Shown: in pieces, positions 38,465-49,869 of the stretch
Layout: every line of letters starts with the position of its first letter
Position numbering within the stretch: position 1 is the stretch's first letter
Notes under the pieces: model-generated
Database searches by the model: none
Told to the model about the DNA's origin: nothing
The model's input: the letters and a program-made list of their open reading frames with translations, nothing else
Made by a program: the position numbers and the translations under genes
Source of the DNA: Octopus sinensis
Taxonomy: Eukaryota
DNA length: 64,000 bases
Direction: 5' to 3'
Assembly: GCF_006345805.1 (NCBI RefSeq)
Contig: NC_043015.1
Span: 49,166,001 to 49,230,000, forward strand

Positions 38465-38749
38465 CTACCGGGCGTCCACCAGGTGGGGGTGACTTCTTTC
38501 ATCGTCTCCATTCTTGCCATCTTTGCCCCGCTCGTTCTCAAAGATGGCATCAAGTGCGCCAATGTGCGACCGTACAAGCGCATATGAGCGCACGAATTCC
38601 TGTCTCTTTCGCTCCATCTGAGCCGCTGTCCTCTTGTAGCCTCTGCTCTTCAGCGCAGCCGCAATCACCTCGCTAGGGCTATCTCCGCCGGCGCACTCCC
38701 ATGCTCGTACGAATAAATCCAGCTCGTCACGTCTCCATGCTCTGGACAT
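38465..38749 (-). CDS. LINE ORF1 N-terminus with Myb/SANT-like (trihelix) domain
   Basis: WRRDELDLFVRAW...IAAALKSRGYKRTAAQMERKRQEFVRSY fits the W..E..L...W / IA..L...GY.RT..Q...K.....Y trihelix pattern. Confidence 0.65.
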   Translation of the reverse strand: MSRAWRRDELDLFVRAWECAGGDSPSEVIAAALKSRGYKRTAAQMERKRQEFVRSYALVRSHIGALDAIFENERGKDGKNGDDERSHPHLVDAR

Positions 38750-38807
38750 GCTGGATAATCCGTCTATCCGTTTATCTATCTAATTATGTTCAGAGAAGAC
38801 AGGAAGA

Positions 38808-39775
38808 TATTAAGGCTAATTAGAAGATAGAGTACTTGAAAAAGAAATATTAACAATATTAAAGTTTGTGTAAAAACGTTATTTGGTTAAAAACGTTATT
38901 AATCTTAAGGCTAATAGGGGATAGAGTATCTGAAAATGTATTAGCAATATTAATATTATTTAGAGTGTGGATAAAAACGTTGTTTAATCTTAGGGCTAAT
39001 TAGGAGATAGAGTATCTGAAAATATATTAGCAATATTAATATTATATTAGAGTGTGGGTAAAAAACGTTATTTAATCTTAAGGCTAATTGGAGATAGAGT
39101 ATCTGAAATTATATTAGCATATTAATATTATATTAGAGTGTGGGTAATATTAAACGTTATTTAATTTAATCTTAAGGCTAATTAGAAGATAGAGTATCTG
39201 AAGAATTATTAACAATATTAAACAATATTAAACGTTATTTAATTTAATCTTAAGGCTAATTAACAATAATTATTAACAATATTAAACAATATTAAACGTT
39301 ATTTAATTTAATCCTAAGGCTAATTAACAATAATTATTAACAATATTAACAATATTAAACGTTATTTAATTTAATCTTAAGGCTATTAACAGTAATTATT
39401 AACAATATAAACAATATTAAACGTTATTTAATTTAATCCTAAGGCTAATTAACAATAATTATTAACAATATTAAACGTTATTTAATTTAATCCTAAGGCT
39501 AATTAGACGTTATTAATATTAAACGTTATTTAATTTAATCTTAAGGCTAATTAGAAGATAGAGTATCTGAAAAATTATTAACAATATTAAACAATATTAA
39601 ACGTTATTTAATTTAATCTTAAGGCTAATTAACAATAATTATAACAATTTAAAAACAATATTAAACGTTATTTAATTTAATCCTAAGGCTAATTTGACGG
39701 TATCAATATTAAACGTTATTTAATTTAATCTTAAGGCTAATTAGAAGATAGAGTATCTGGAAAATTATTATATCG
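38808..39775. repeat. AT-rich tandem array (~14 units of ~50-95 bp) upstream of LINE ORF1
   Basis: Recurring AAACGTTATTTAATTTAATCTTAAGGCTAATTAGAAGATAGAGTATCTG; block starting ~39148 recurs from ~39516. Confidence 0.9.
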
Positions 39776-40237
39776 AGAACAGATCTTGAAAATGTAAACA
39801 AACAAAATGACGATCGCAACTTTAACTAAGATGTGGGCCTAAGTGAAAGATAAAATAGAATAATAAATAAAATATGAAATAGATGAAATTGATACTTGAT
39901 CCAACAATGTGGTCTGGATTTTTTTTTTTTTGGTTTACGGGATTTTTTTTTTCAGGAGAGATGCTTCTTTTTTCTTTCTTGCAGGAGATAACTTGATTCA
40001 GTTATTTTTGCACCATGTGCGTTCGGCGAAAATGAAAATTACTGTGTATATGTTATATTTATATATATATTTTTAAAAATATTTAAACCAAAGTGTTGTA
40101 GTGATCTCTATGACTTAGAGTTTACGTTTTGCAACTACAGTGGGTTATTTCGCCGTTCTATGCAAACTTTTTCACAGAGCAAAGGCAATCACGTCTTTTC
40201 TGCTGAAAACGGACCGGAATATATATATATATATATA

Positions 40238-40269
<32 letters not shown>

Positions 40270-40270
<1 letters not shown>

Positions 40271-40627
40271 TACTGTTGTGCCTGGGAAAAGTCATTTTCT
40301 TTTTGTGCCTTATGATTTAATACACACACCGGTAAAATTTCCACTTATTTTTATTTTCCTAAAGTTTTTGTTGTTGCAAGACACAACGAGGATCTTTTTG
40401 CTTTGACCGGCAGATTTTTAAAATAATTTCTTTGTAACTAAACACTTTTAAACTTTGTATACTGGTAGAATGTGTTTATAAAACATCTTTTTCTCTTGGC
40501 TTTCTTGAGAAAATTCTGTAGTTTGTAAGCTATTTGTTGTTTAATTTCTTGCATTTCGGCAACTTCAACCCATCAATGACGTCTATTGAGGTGAATTCAA
40601 TTTCTGCCGTAGTGTGTCAACAACATT

Positions 40628-40640
<13 letters not shown>
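40270..40640 (-). mobile_element. PLE terminal fragment (family P4)
   Basis: Similar to 56442-56688 (CACCGGTAAAATTTCCACTTATTT); inversion junction at TTGCAAGACACAAC. Confidence 0.6.
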
Positions 40641-40681
<41 letters not shown>

Positions 40682-40734
40682 TATCATGTAGTAAGGCAGT
40701 ATGACCGTTTCAAACGGATCCATTTTATTGAACA

Positions 40735-40930
40735 AGGCAATCATTCCATCAATTTAAATGCAGTTCTATCTTCAGTTGCACAAAATATAGAATTTTTTAA
40801 CAAGTTCTTCCATCTTCTTTGTTAAAATATTTAAGAAAAGTTATATTAATGTATCCTACTTGTTAAAAAATTCTATATTTTTGTGCAGCTGAAGATAGCA
40901 CTGCATTTAAATTGATGTAATGATTGCCTG
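40735..40930. repeat. Fold-back with ~70-bp arms
   Basis: GGCAATCATTCCATCAATTTAAATGCAGTTCTATCTTCAGTTGCACAAAATATAGAATTTTTTAACAAGT mirrored at 40857-40930. Confidence 0.8.
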
Positions 40931-41081
40931 TGCAATTAAATGGAGCCACTTGAAATGGTTGTACTGCATTACTACTTGATATCCTGTTGCCTATTTTGAT
41001 TGGCTAATATTGGACTGACTTGGTGTTTCAACTTAAGTACTTAATTCAACTCAATCTTAATTATTTTATATACATACATAC

Positions 41082-41103
<22 letters not shown>

Positions 41104-41113
<10 letters not shown>

Positions 41114-41197
41114 GAAAGAATGGAGTCGAACGACGATTTAACAAAATAAAGGAATTTTGTTAAATCGTCGTTCAACTCCATTCTTTCATTTATCTAT
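41104..41197. repeat. Near-perfect 43-bp-arm hairpin of a PLE terminus (family P2-like)
   Basis: ATAAATGAAAGAATGGAGTCGAACGACGATTTAACAAAAT / ATTTTGTTAAATCGTCGTTCAACTCCATTCTTTCATTTAT. Confidence 0.85.
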
Positions 41198-41341
41198 AGT
41201 AAAAAAACACACAAATTTCCACACAAAAGCACGTGATTTCTGCCCTTGGCATGTAGCTTCAACCGTGCTTTCTGACGTAAATTTGCTACCCAGGTATTGG
41301 TTAGCCAAATTATCCATACTAGGATAATTCATTCAACTACT

Positions 41342-41378
<37 letters not shown>

Positions 41379-41723
41379 ATGGAAACAGGATGTCACCAAT
41401 GGGGCAAATAGCATGAAATACATAAACAAACAAGTTAAATACATAAATAAGGAGAAAAAATGGAGAACAGAAAAAGTAAACACAGAAAAAGGACTCTTCA
41501 TCAGTTGTTGGCTGTCTATCTACTCCTCATTTCGAGCATTCAACGACAATGTGAGTCTTCAAAGACAGTTGCTCCCAAAAATTCTGAAATAAAATTTAGG
41601 ATTTATGGAGGGTCAAAGTTGGGAACAAAAAAATAACTGTGGAGACATACAGGGAAACTGAACGAAAACAAACATGGAGGGTCATTCACACTCACACACA
41701 CACACACATGTATGCATGTAGTA

Positions 41724-41865
41724 TAAGGTTGTCCCAAAAGTTAGTAGAAAGTCTTGGAAAATAATGGTCTTTATTTTGAGGAATAATTTTTGTTGTTTTT
41801 GTTAGTTACTTGGCGAGTAAAAATTCAATTTTCGCAAGTGTTTACGAACTTTTGGGACAACCTAA
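41724..41865. mobile_element. Short mariner-type MITE
   Basis: TA|TAAGGTTGTCCCAAAAGTT ... AACTTTTGGGACAACCTAA|TA. Confidence 0.8.
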
Positions 41866-41892
41866 TATATGCATATTTATGATTCAACAAGA

Positions 41893-41914
41893 TTTATTTC
41901 TTATTCTTTTTATT
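41893..41914 (-). terminator. Candidate polyadenylation signals of the host gene
   Basis: AATAAA on the minus strand at 41914-41909 and 41898-41893, ~370 nt after the stop at 42284, in an AU-rich 3'UTR-like tract. Confidence 0.5.
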
Positions 41915-42283
41915 CTAAATACAATTTTTGTACAAAAATATTAAACCGGATGATACTTACTGTGGTAAGGCATTATCACTGAAGATCGTTAATGGTAAGA
42001 GACACAAAGTGTTTGAGAAAGCTTTCACAAACATTGAAAAAGCGGCAAAATTTCTTTTATAATTAACATGTATCACATACTTGTCATTATCAATTTGGTA
42101 CCAGTAATCAGTGCAGGGATAAGATAAAATGTTTTTCTTTTCCTCAGTACTTTTTTGTCCTGATTTTTTTTTTTTAAATAACGGTAAATGTAAAAAATAA
42201 TTGTTTTTTTTTAACAAAAAAAAGATTCTTAAACGATATAATAAACAACATTAGATATATCTTTGGCTTCCTCTTTCCTTTGT

Positions 42284-42565
42284 TTACACCATATCTTCAT
42301 CATGTTTTTCTTCCGACGGGGAATGATCAAAAGGTTTGTCCTTCTTCAAGGGAGGTCGATTTCGCAAAGGGTCTTTACCCTCCTCATCCTCACTTTTCCT
42401 TGCAGGTTGGTGCTCGAAGAGTGTTGATAAAGATTCTGAAGAATCACTGTGCTTACGTTTAAGGTTCGCTAAATTGATTGTCGTTTGTCTCTTCAGTTGC
42501 AGCTGATGCATTAAATCCTGGTTGCTTTCTCGAGTTAAATTACGATCGTATTTTTGATGAAGAAC
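42284..42565 (-). CDS. Host gene terminal coding exon (93 aa + stop); SLC9A/NHE-like cytoplasmic tail (tentative)
   Basis: Acceptor TTTCTTTCTTCAG|GTT, phase 0; [27 protein letters not shown]...EDMV*; LHQKY.RNL resembles invertebrate NHE tails as recalled, not searched. Confidence 0.75.
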   Translation of the reverse strand, partial: VLHQKYDRNLTRESNQDLMHQLQLKRQTTINLANLKRKHSDSSESLSTLFEHQPARKSEDEEGKDPLRNRPPLKKDKPFDHSPSEEKHDEDMV

Positions 42566-42632
42566 CTGAAGAAAGAAACAGCTGTTTATCAGAAATATAT
42601 ATACATATAGACACACACACACATATACATAT

Positions 42633-42683
<51 letters not shown>

Positions 42684-43006
42684 TATATATATACATATAT
42701 ACACACACACACACACAATATATATATATACATATATATATACATATATATACATATATATATACACATATATGCACATATATATACATACATATATACA
42801 TTTATATATATATACACACACATATATATACATATATATACACAGATATATATATATATATATATATATGCATATTACATATATACATATATATACATAT
42901 ATACATACATTTGTATATATATATATATATACATATATATACACATATATATATACATACATATATATATATGCATATATAAACACACAAATATATATAT
43001 ACATAA

Positions 43007-43042
<36 letters not shown>

Positions 43043-43383
43043 GTATATATACACATATATATACATACGTATATATATATATGATGATGATGATGATGAT
43101 GATGATGATATATATACACATATATATACACACACATATATATACATACATATATATACACACATATATATACATATATATATATATACATACATACATA
43201 CGAAACCATAATGATATCCATGAGGTAGCTGAAGATGGAGGTATCTTGGATTGTTGGTATGGTTGTTTTTGTGTATGTGAAATAGTGTTAAAACACATCC
43301 TTTTGATATATATATATAAACATACACACACACACACATATATATATAATAAAAGAAGGAAAATGCAAACACCACAGTTTACA

Positions 43384-43598
43384 TAGTTTTAATATATTTT
43401 AATGAAAGAGTATTATGGTCGTTGACCGGTTTCGCTTTCGCTGATCATGACATTGAAATTATGGTGATTTCATACACGAACATGGACTAAAAACTTCTTA
43501 ACAAAACACGAAATCACAATAATTTCAATGTCATGATTAGCAAAAGCAAAACCAGTTGACAACCACAAAGCTCTTTCATTTAAAATATATTAAAACTA
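43384..43598. repeat. Fold-back (~90-bp arms) carrying decayed hammerhead-like motifs (A3:U8 type)
   Basis: Right arm TGTC-ATGATTA-GC(AAAA)GC-AAAA-CCAG-TT-GACA; left arm (minus) GTC-ATGATCA-GC(GAAA)GC-GAAA-CCGG-TC. Confidence 0.65.
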
Positions 43599-43599
43599 T

Positions 43600-43798
43600 T
43601 CTTTTATTTGTTTCAGTCATTTGACTGTGGTCATGCTGGAGCACCACCTTTAGTCAAACAAATCGACCCAACGCTTATTCTTTGTAAGCCTACTACTTAT
43701 TTTATCAATCTCTTTTGCCGAACCACTAACTTATGGGAATGTAAACACACCAAAATTGGTTGTCAAGTGATGGCAGGGATACAAACACAGATACACAA

Positions 43799-43836
<38 letters not shown>

Positions 43837-43870
43837 TGTTTTGGTAGAAGGAAACTGAAAGAAGCCTGTC
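43600..43870 (-). mobile_element. Diverged SINE family A, 3' part
   Basis: Tail and body motifs, diverged. Confidence 0.8.
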
Positions 43871-43892
43871 ATATATATATATATATATATAT

Positions 43893-45390
43893 ATGTGGAA
43901 GGAGAGTTTAGAATCGAGGGGCCTTAGAGTCAACCTAGCTAAAACCAAAGTACTAATAAGTAGGAAGGTAGACAATCCACAAATGTCTTCAGGAAGATGG
44001 CCCTGCTCGATCTGTAGAAAAGGTGTAGGTAGAAACTCTATAAGATGTACCCGGTGTAAGCTATGGGCACATAAGAGGTGCAGCAATGTCAAAGGAAGGC
44101 TAACTGGGAAGATAGTTTTTGTATGTGGCAGATACTCGGGAGCATTAAACTCTGAAAATCTGCAGAAAACAACTTTTGTCACTTTCCAGGGGGAAAAACT
44201 AGAAGTAGTTGATAGCTTCCGTTATCTAGGTGACCAAGTCAGTAGTGGGAGTGGGTGCGTTGAAAGTGTAACTGCTAGAGTAAGAATAGTCTGGGCAAAG
44301 TTTAGGGAGCTCTTACCTCTGCTGGTGACTAAAGGCCTCTTGCTCAGAGTAAAAGGCAGACTGTATGATGCATGTGTACGAACAGCCATGCTACATGGCA
44401 GTGAAACATGGGCTGTGACTGCTGAGGACATGCGTAAGCTCACGAGGAATGAAGCCAGTATGCTCCGATGGATGTGTAATGTCAGTGTGCATACTCGACA
44501 GAGCGTTAGTACCTTGAGAGAAATGTTGGACCTAAGAAGCATCAGTTGTGGTGTGCAAGAGAGATGATTGCGCTGGTATGGTCATGTGGCGCGAATGGAT
44601 GAAGATAGGTGTGTGAAAAAGTGCCAATCCCTAGCAGTTGAGGGAACCCGTGGAAGAGGTAGACCCAGGAAAACCTGGGACGAGGTGGTGAAGCACGACC
44701 TTCGAACTTTAGGTCTCACTGAGGAAATGACCAGTGACCGAGACCTTTGGAAATATGCTGTAGGTGAGAAGACCAGGCAGGACAAGTGAGTCCAGCCCAC
44801 TTATGCATGCCTTTCCTCCCTTGGACACACAAAGACCTGTTGAGGCAAGCGAAGTCGATATCGAACCTCATCCGACGACAGGCACCCATGCCTGCGAAGA
44901 CCTGTTGGGGCAAGTGAAATCAAAATCGAAATCGAAATCGGAATCGAAATTGAACCAATCCTATGACTGGCACCCGGCAGATGCCAGGACCCCTGGACTG
45001 GTGGTACGTAAAAAGCACTATCCGAATCGTGGTCGATGCCAGCGCTGCCTCGACTGGCTTCTGTGCCGGTGGCACATAAAAAGCACCATCCAAATCATGG
45101 CCGAAGCCAGTGCCACCTCGACTGGCTTCTGTGCCAGTGGCACGTAAAATGCACCAATCTGACCGTGGCCGATGCCAGCCTCGCCTGGCACCTGTGCAGG
45201 TGGCACGTAAAAAGCACCCACTACACTCACGGAGTGGTTAGCGTTAGGAAGGGCATCCAGCTGTAGAAACATTGCCAGATAAGACTGGAGCCTGGTGCAG
45301 CCTTCTGGCTTCCCAGATCCCCGGTCGAACCGTCCAACCTATGCTAGCTTGGAGAACGGACGTTAAACGATGATGATGATGATGATGATG
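43893..45390 (+). mobile_element. 5'-truncated RTE-clade LINE: ORF2 C-terminus (premature TGA at 44565-44567), 3'UTR with tandem repeats, (GAT)n tail
   Basis: GLRVNLAKTKV, LEVVDSFRYLGD, AMLHGSETW, LRWYGHVARM, RGRGRPRKTW; tail AACGGACGTTAAACGATGATGAT. Confidence 0.92.
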
Positions 45391-47409
45391 ATATATGTAT
45401 ATATATATATATGTGTGTACACACACACACACATATATATACATATACATGTGTGTGTGTGTATGCATATGTGATGTGTGTGTGTGTATCAAAAAAGGAA
45501 AATGGAAAAAATTTTCGGTATTATTGGACTGAAGCAACATGAAATGAAGTGTTTTGCAGTGTCCTTTCTTTTTAATATTCTGTAAGAACATGTCAAGCCA
45601 TGGGGGAACACATTACTTTACTTTCAAATAGGTGAGGGTTTACGACAAGAAAGGCATTCTGCCATAGAAAATCTGCCTCAATAAATTCTCTCTGATCCAT
45701 GCAAGCATGGAAAAGCAGACGCTGAATTAATACTGTTGATAATAATTATCATCTTGGCTTGCTAATTAGCAACGGTATTTCACCTTGAACAGATTCTCCG
45801 ATAGTAAGAAGTAACGCATGAATTACAATTCCATTTTTTGTATTCCACCTTCTTCACTTCCCTATCATTTCCCAGTGAATCCGAGAAATTTAACTTCCTC
45901 AGATGAGCTTTATCTTCTCTGAGAGCTAATTTGAGAGCTATTTATCTTCAGTTCAAGGCACCTATTGACTAAGTTGATAAAGTATTGGATTACTAGCTAA
46001 AGGATTAACAGTTCTTATCCTTTCAGCGCAACTATACACTTTCCATAAAGGTAAGGAGGTAACTTTCACAGGGAAATGAAACCGTTACCATGGATACATG
46101 GTACCTATTTATATCTCATTAATAAGGAGAATAAGCAATGTGTTGGTAAGGAGAGTAAGCAGTATACAAAATAAATTGTGTTGGTTGTTGAAAGTAGTAG
46201 GCAGCTGTTCCTGTACCAAACCTTTGCCCATATTCTCTAATTATCTAAGACAGGCTTACAGTTAAAGTTCAGTTATTAATCTAATTTGATCTGAGTGAAA
46301 CAGACCATTGTTTATTGAACATATCCAGTGTCTATACCATGGATTTCATGATGATTCTGTCACCTGTCCTTACTAATCTACTCACATGATGTAAGCAACA
46401 ACCAATAGAACTGTTAAAGAAGTAACTATTGGACTGTTGTATAGTGAAACTATACAGCCCTCCCGGTAAAAAGTGGTAGTTTTTTTTTGTTGTTTGTTCC
46501 TTCTCGAGCCATGCCTGGCTCATAAGGGCTGGTTTCCCGGTTTCTTGGCATATAGGTTTCCCCACCTGGATGGGACACCGGTACGTCGCAGGTGAGCTGC
46601 AAGATGCAGGAGGAAAGAGCGGGAGAAAGTTGTGGCGAAAGAGTCAGCAGAAGTTCACCATTACCTTCAGCTGGAGCTATGTGGAGTTTAGGTGTTTTCG
46701 CTCATAAACACACACATCGCCCAGTTTGAGATTCGAACCCGCGATCCCTCGACTGCGAGTCCCGCTGTTCTAACCACTAGGCCATGTGCCTCAAAAAGTG
46801 GTAGTAGCCAGCCATTACAAATAGACCACTAGCCGGTCGACAGAAGAAGGTTGGGAAGGTTGAGAGTATGTGTAGACTATGTTGATAGTTGTGTCAGTGC
46901 TGATATAGTAATTATACTGTGATATTGAGTGGATGTTTTAACGATCCAACCATTTGAGGATAAAAACACTGTACAACTGGGGGTTGTAGAGAGCCAGATA
47001 GAAACATTCTATTGATGATTTTGGAATATAACAATATTTGTCAGAGCGACAACCATCGTCAAAAGACAGATTCAACAGTGGCAAAAGACTGCTTTACAAC
47101 AAGGAAAAAGGTTTAGAGTTTACAATGATTTGAATAGCTCTTTGCCCCTTCTTACACAAAATGCCCAATCATAGGGCTATGATTTAGAACTAACAATAAT
47201 TTGAATAGCTCTAAACCCTACTTGTACAGCCAACCTTGTTATATGGGTGCCTATTGCTGTTGTTTAACTAGATTTCATTAAGTACATAGTTGCTTGAACT
47301 GCTAAAAATAGCAAACCAAACATCCCTCATTATTTTAGATAACACTGCACTATATTAGACAACAAACTAGTGATGTTGCTTGAAAGATATGTGAACAAAA
47401 TACACTTAC

Positions 47410-47531
47410 ACTCATTGAAGTTTGTTGCCTGCTAAGTAGATTCCTCATTTCAACATTTAAAGAATGATTGCTTGAACTTCTGGACTTACAAAGTCTAAAA
47501 TGTAACGTTGAATGCCTGGGTGTTGATTGAC
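47410..47531 (-). CDS. Host gene internal exon (122 nt, phase 1 to phase 0)
   Basis: Acceptor TTTTTCTTCTTTCAAG|GT, donor AGT|GTAAGT; open frame GQSTPRHSTLHFRLCKSRSSSNHSLNVEMRNLLSRQQTSMS joins both neighbouring exons in frame. Confidence 0.8.
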
Positions 47532-47774
47532 CTTGAAAGAAGAAAAAAAATTTTGATAAATGTTTCACAGGGGATTGTTAGAAAATCTTCCAGTTAATTA
47601 TATATTACCAAAACCAATAATTTCAGAACTACTTGAAAGCACTACACATAGAAACATAAATTTCTGTAATTCTAGCATTATAAATTAAAATGATATTCAA
47701 GAATATTCAAAAATTCAAATAGGCAGCATCTTATTATCATGGTACGTAAATACATATACATATATATAATAAGA

Positions 47775-48110
47775 GCACTTCGTCGGTTACAATAATGAGG
47801 GTTCCAGTTGATCCGATCAATGGAACAGACACAAGTACCCTTAACGCAGTTCTCAAGGAGATTCAGTGTGACACAGAGTGGGAGAAGGCTGGCCCTTTGA
47901 AATACAGGTACAACAGAAACAGGAAGAAAGAGTGAGAGAAAGTTATGGTGAAAGAGTACAGCAAGGTTCGTCACCCCCCCCCCTGCCGGAGCCTCGAAAA
48001 GTTTTAGGTGTTTTCGCTCAATAAGCACTCACAACGCCCGATCTGGGAATCAAAACCACGATCCAAAGACCGCGAGTCCGCTGCCCTAGCCACGGAACCA
48101 TTGGGCCTCC
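47775..48110 (-). mobile_element. SINE family C
   Basis: Reverse complement of 16802-17172. Confidence 0.85.
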
Positions 48111-48408
48111 ACATACATATATATATATATACACACATATTAACCATGCAAACCATGTACCTTGTAAACTAAGAAACACATCTGTTCCATTGTTTACATG
48201 GTACATGGTTTTGTTTTGGTTTGTAGTTTGATCGTAGGTGATCTACTTCTAGCATACGGCTGACCACCTAGTGGTTTTTCAGCACTTAAAATATACACAT
48301 GTATTAGAATTTTCTCTGATTTTTCAGATTTTTGTATGTTAGGCTACTGGTTTTAAATTGATATTAATTAAATTAATATTCAATTATCTCCCTCATTATT
48401 TAATTTTT

Positions 48409-48439
<31 letters not shown>

Positions 48440-48607
48440 CAAGATAAGAAAATGGAGAAATACATGCCCATATAATACAGTAAATGAATTGATTGCATCG
48501 CAATCATTAACATTTATGTATTAACTTTGTTGGGTACTTCACTAGCAGTATATTGGATATATGTTATCCCATAGAGGGTTGCATTAACAACCCCTATCTC
48601 AATTTGT

Positions 48608-48689
<82 letters not shown>

Positions 48690-48967
48690 AACCAAATGGC
48701 CCAGTGGTTAGGGCAGCAAACTCACAGCCGTAGGATCACGGTTTCGTTTCCCAAACTGGGCGTTGTGAGTGTTTATTGAGCAAAAACATCTAAAGCACCA
48801 CAAGGCTCTGCAAGGGGGCAGGCAACCCTGCTGTACCCTTTCACCACAACTTTCTCTCACTCTTTCTTCCTATTTCTGTTGTATCTGTATTTCAAAGTTC
48901 ATTTTCCTGTCATTTCAATTTTGTTTCTCCTTTTACTATTAATTTTATTTTTGGGATGTTTTGTTAA

Positions 48968-49007
<40 letters not shown>

Positions 49008-49217
49008 TAACCATGCAAACCAAGTCTGTTTAATGGTGTTTCGAATGATAAACCAAAAAGTAGGCATGATCATTAAATTATTAAATTAGCTTAAAAACAG
49101 AAAGTGCCCAAGAGAATCTGTGAAACAGGTCAATAAAAATGAAGCAGGTATTAGAATGATTAAATAAATCAAAGAAATTAAAATTATGCTTTATTAGGGT
49201 CTTCAATAAGTTCAAAG

Positions 49218-49710
49218 CACCATCTGAATGTGGCCGATGCCAGTACCCGTTGACTGGCTCTCGTGCCAGTGGCATGTAAAAAGCACCATCCAAACTTGGC
49301 TGATGCCAGTACCACTCACTGGCACCTGTGCCAGTGGCACATAAAAAGCACCATCCAAATGTGGCTGATGTCAGTATCCCCTGACTGGCTTCCGTGCCAG
49401 TGGTACATAAAAACACCGTCCGATTGTGGCCGATGCTAGTACTCCCTGATTGGTCTCCATGCCAGTGGCACATAAAAGGCACTATTCAAACGTGATTGAT
49501 ACCAGGCCTGCCTGACTGGCTCCTGTGCTTGTGGCATGTAAAAAGCACCCACTACACTCTCAGAGTGGTTGGCATTAAGAAGGGCATCCAGCTGTAGAAA
49601 CATTGCCCGGTCAGATTGGAGCCTGGTGCAACCGCTGGCTCTCCAGACCTCAGTCAAACCGTACAACCCATGCCAGCATGGAAAACGGACATTAAACGAT
49701 GATGATGATG
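49218..49710 (+). mobile_element. RTE LINE 3'UTR fragment with ~65-bp tandem repeats and (GAT)n tail
   Basis: Recurring TGGCA(C/T)(A/G)TAAAAAGCACC; same 3' end as 45200-45390. Confidence 0.85.
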
Positions 49711-49869
49711 GATAGAAAATGAAACCCACCAAAAGGCTTATCTATTGACAGCTTTGTTATATAACAAAAAGCAGCAATAATTTCTCAATCAAATCAACAT
49801 TAAAAAAATCAAACATCTGGTCAGCTAAAAAATGGATTTTCAGGCGATGAGGGATGGCTTTAAAAAATC

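Larger units (their letters stand above)
34862..39830 (-). mobile_element. Near full-length CR1-group LINE (5' tandem array, ORF1, APE endonuclease + RT ORF2, stem-loop tail with (CAAT)n)
   Basis: EN: LLLNIRGL, ALTETHL, YRPP, MGDFNLP, NTLDLCFT; RT: QHGFRPGRSCLTQLL, YLDFAKAFDKVDH, GVPQGTVLGPLLF, SYADDTKV; multiple frameshifts; 5' boundary approximate. Confidence 0.92.

Noticed and set aside
40880-40915. CTGAAGA in the 40735-40930 fold-back as a hammerhead core
   Set aside because: No downstream GAAA or helix III
42478-43386. 302-aa and 265-aa ORFs
   Set aside because: Translations of (TA)n/(CA)n/(GAT)n microsatellites; only 42284-42565 is real coding sequence
45760-45960. RT-like words LELKIN / EEVKFLGF on the minus strand
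   Set aside because: Too short and interrupted to support a retroelement call
48200-48290. Possible exon (VVSRMLEVDHL or GGQPYARSRS frames)
   Set aside because: Weak acceptor and donor; not needed for, and not phase-compatible with, the 50621-47531 join
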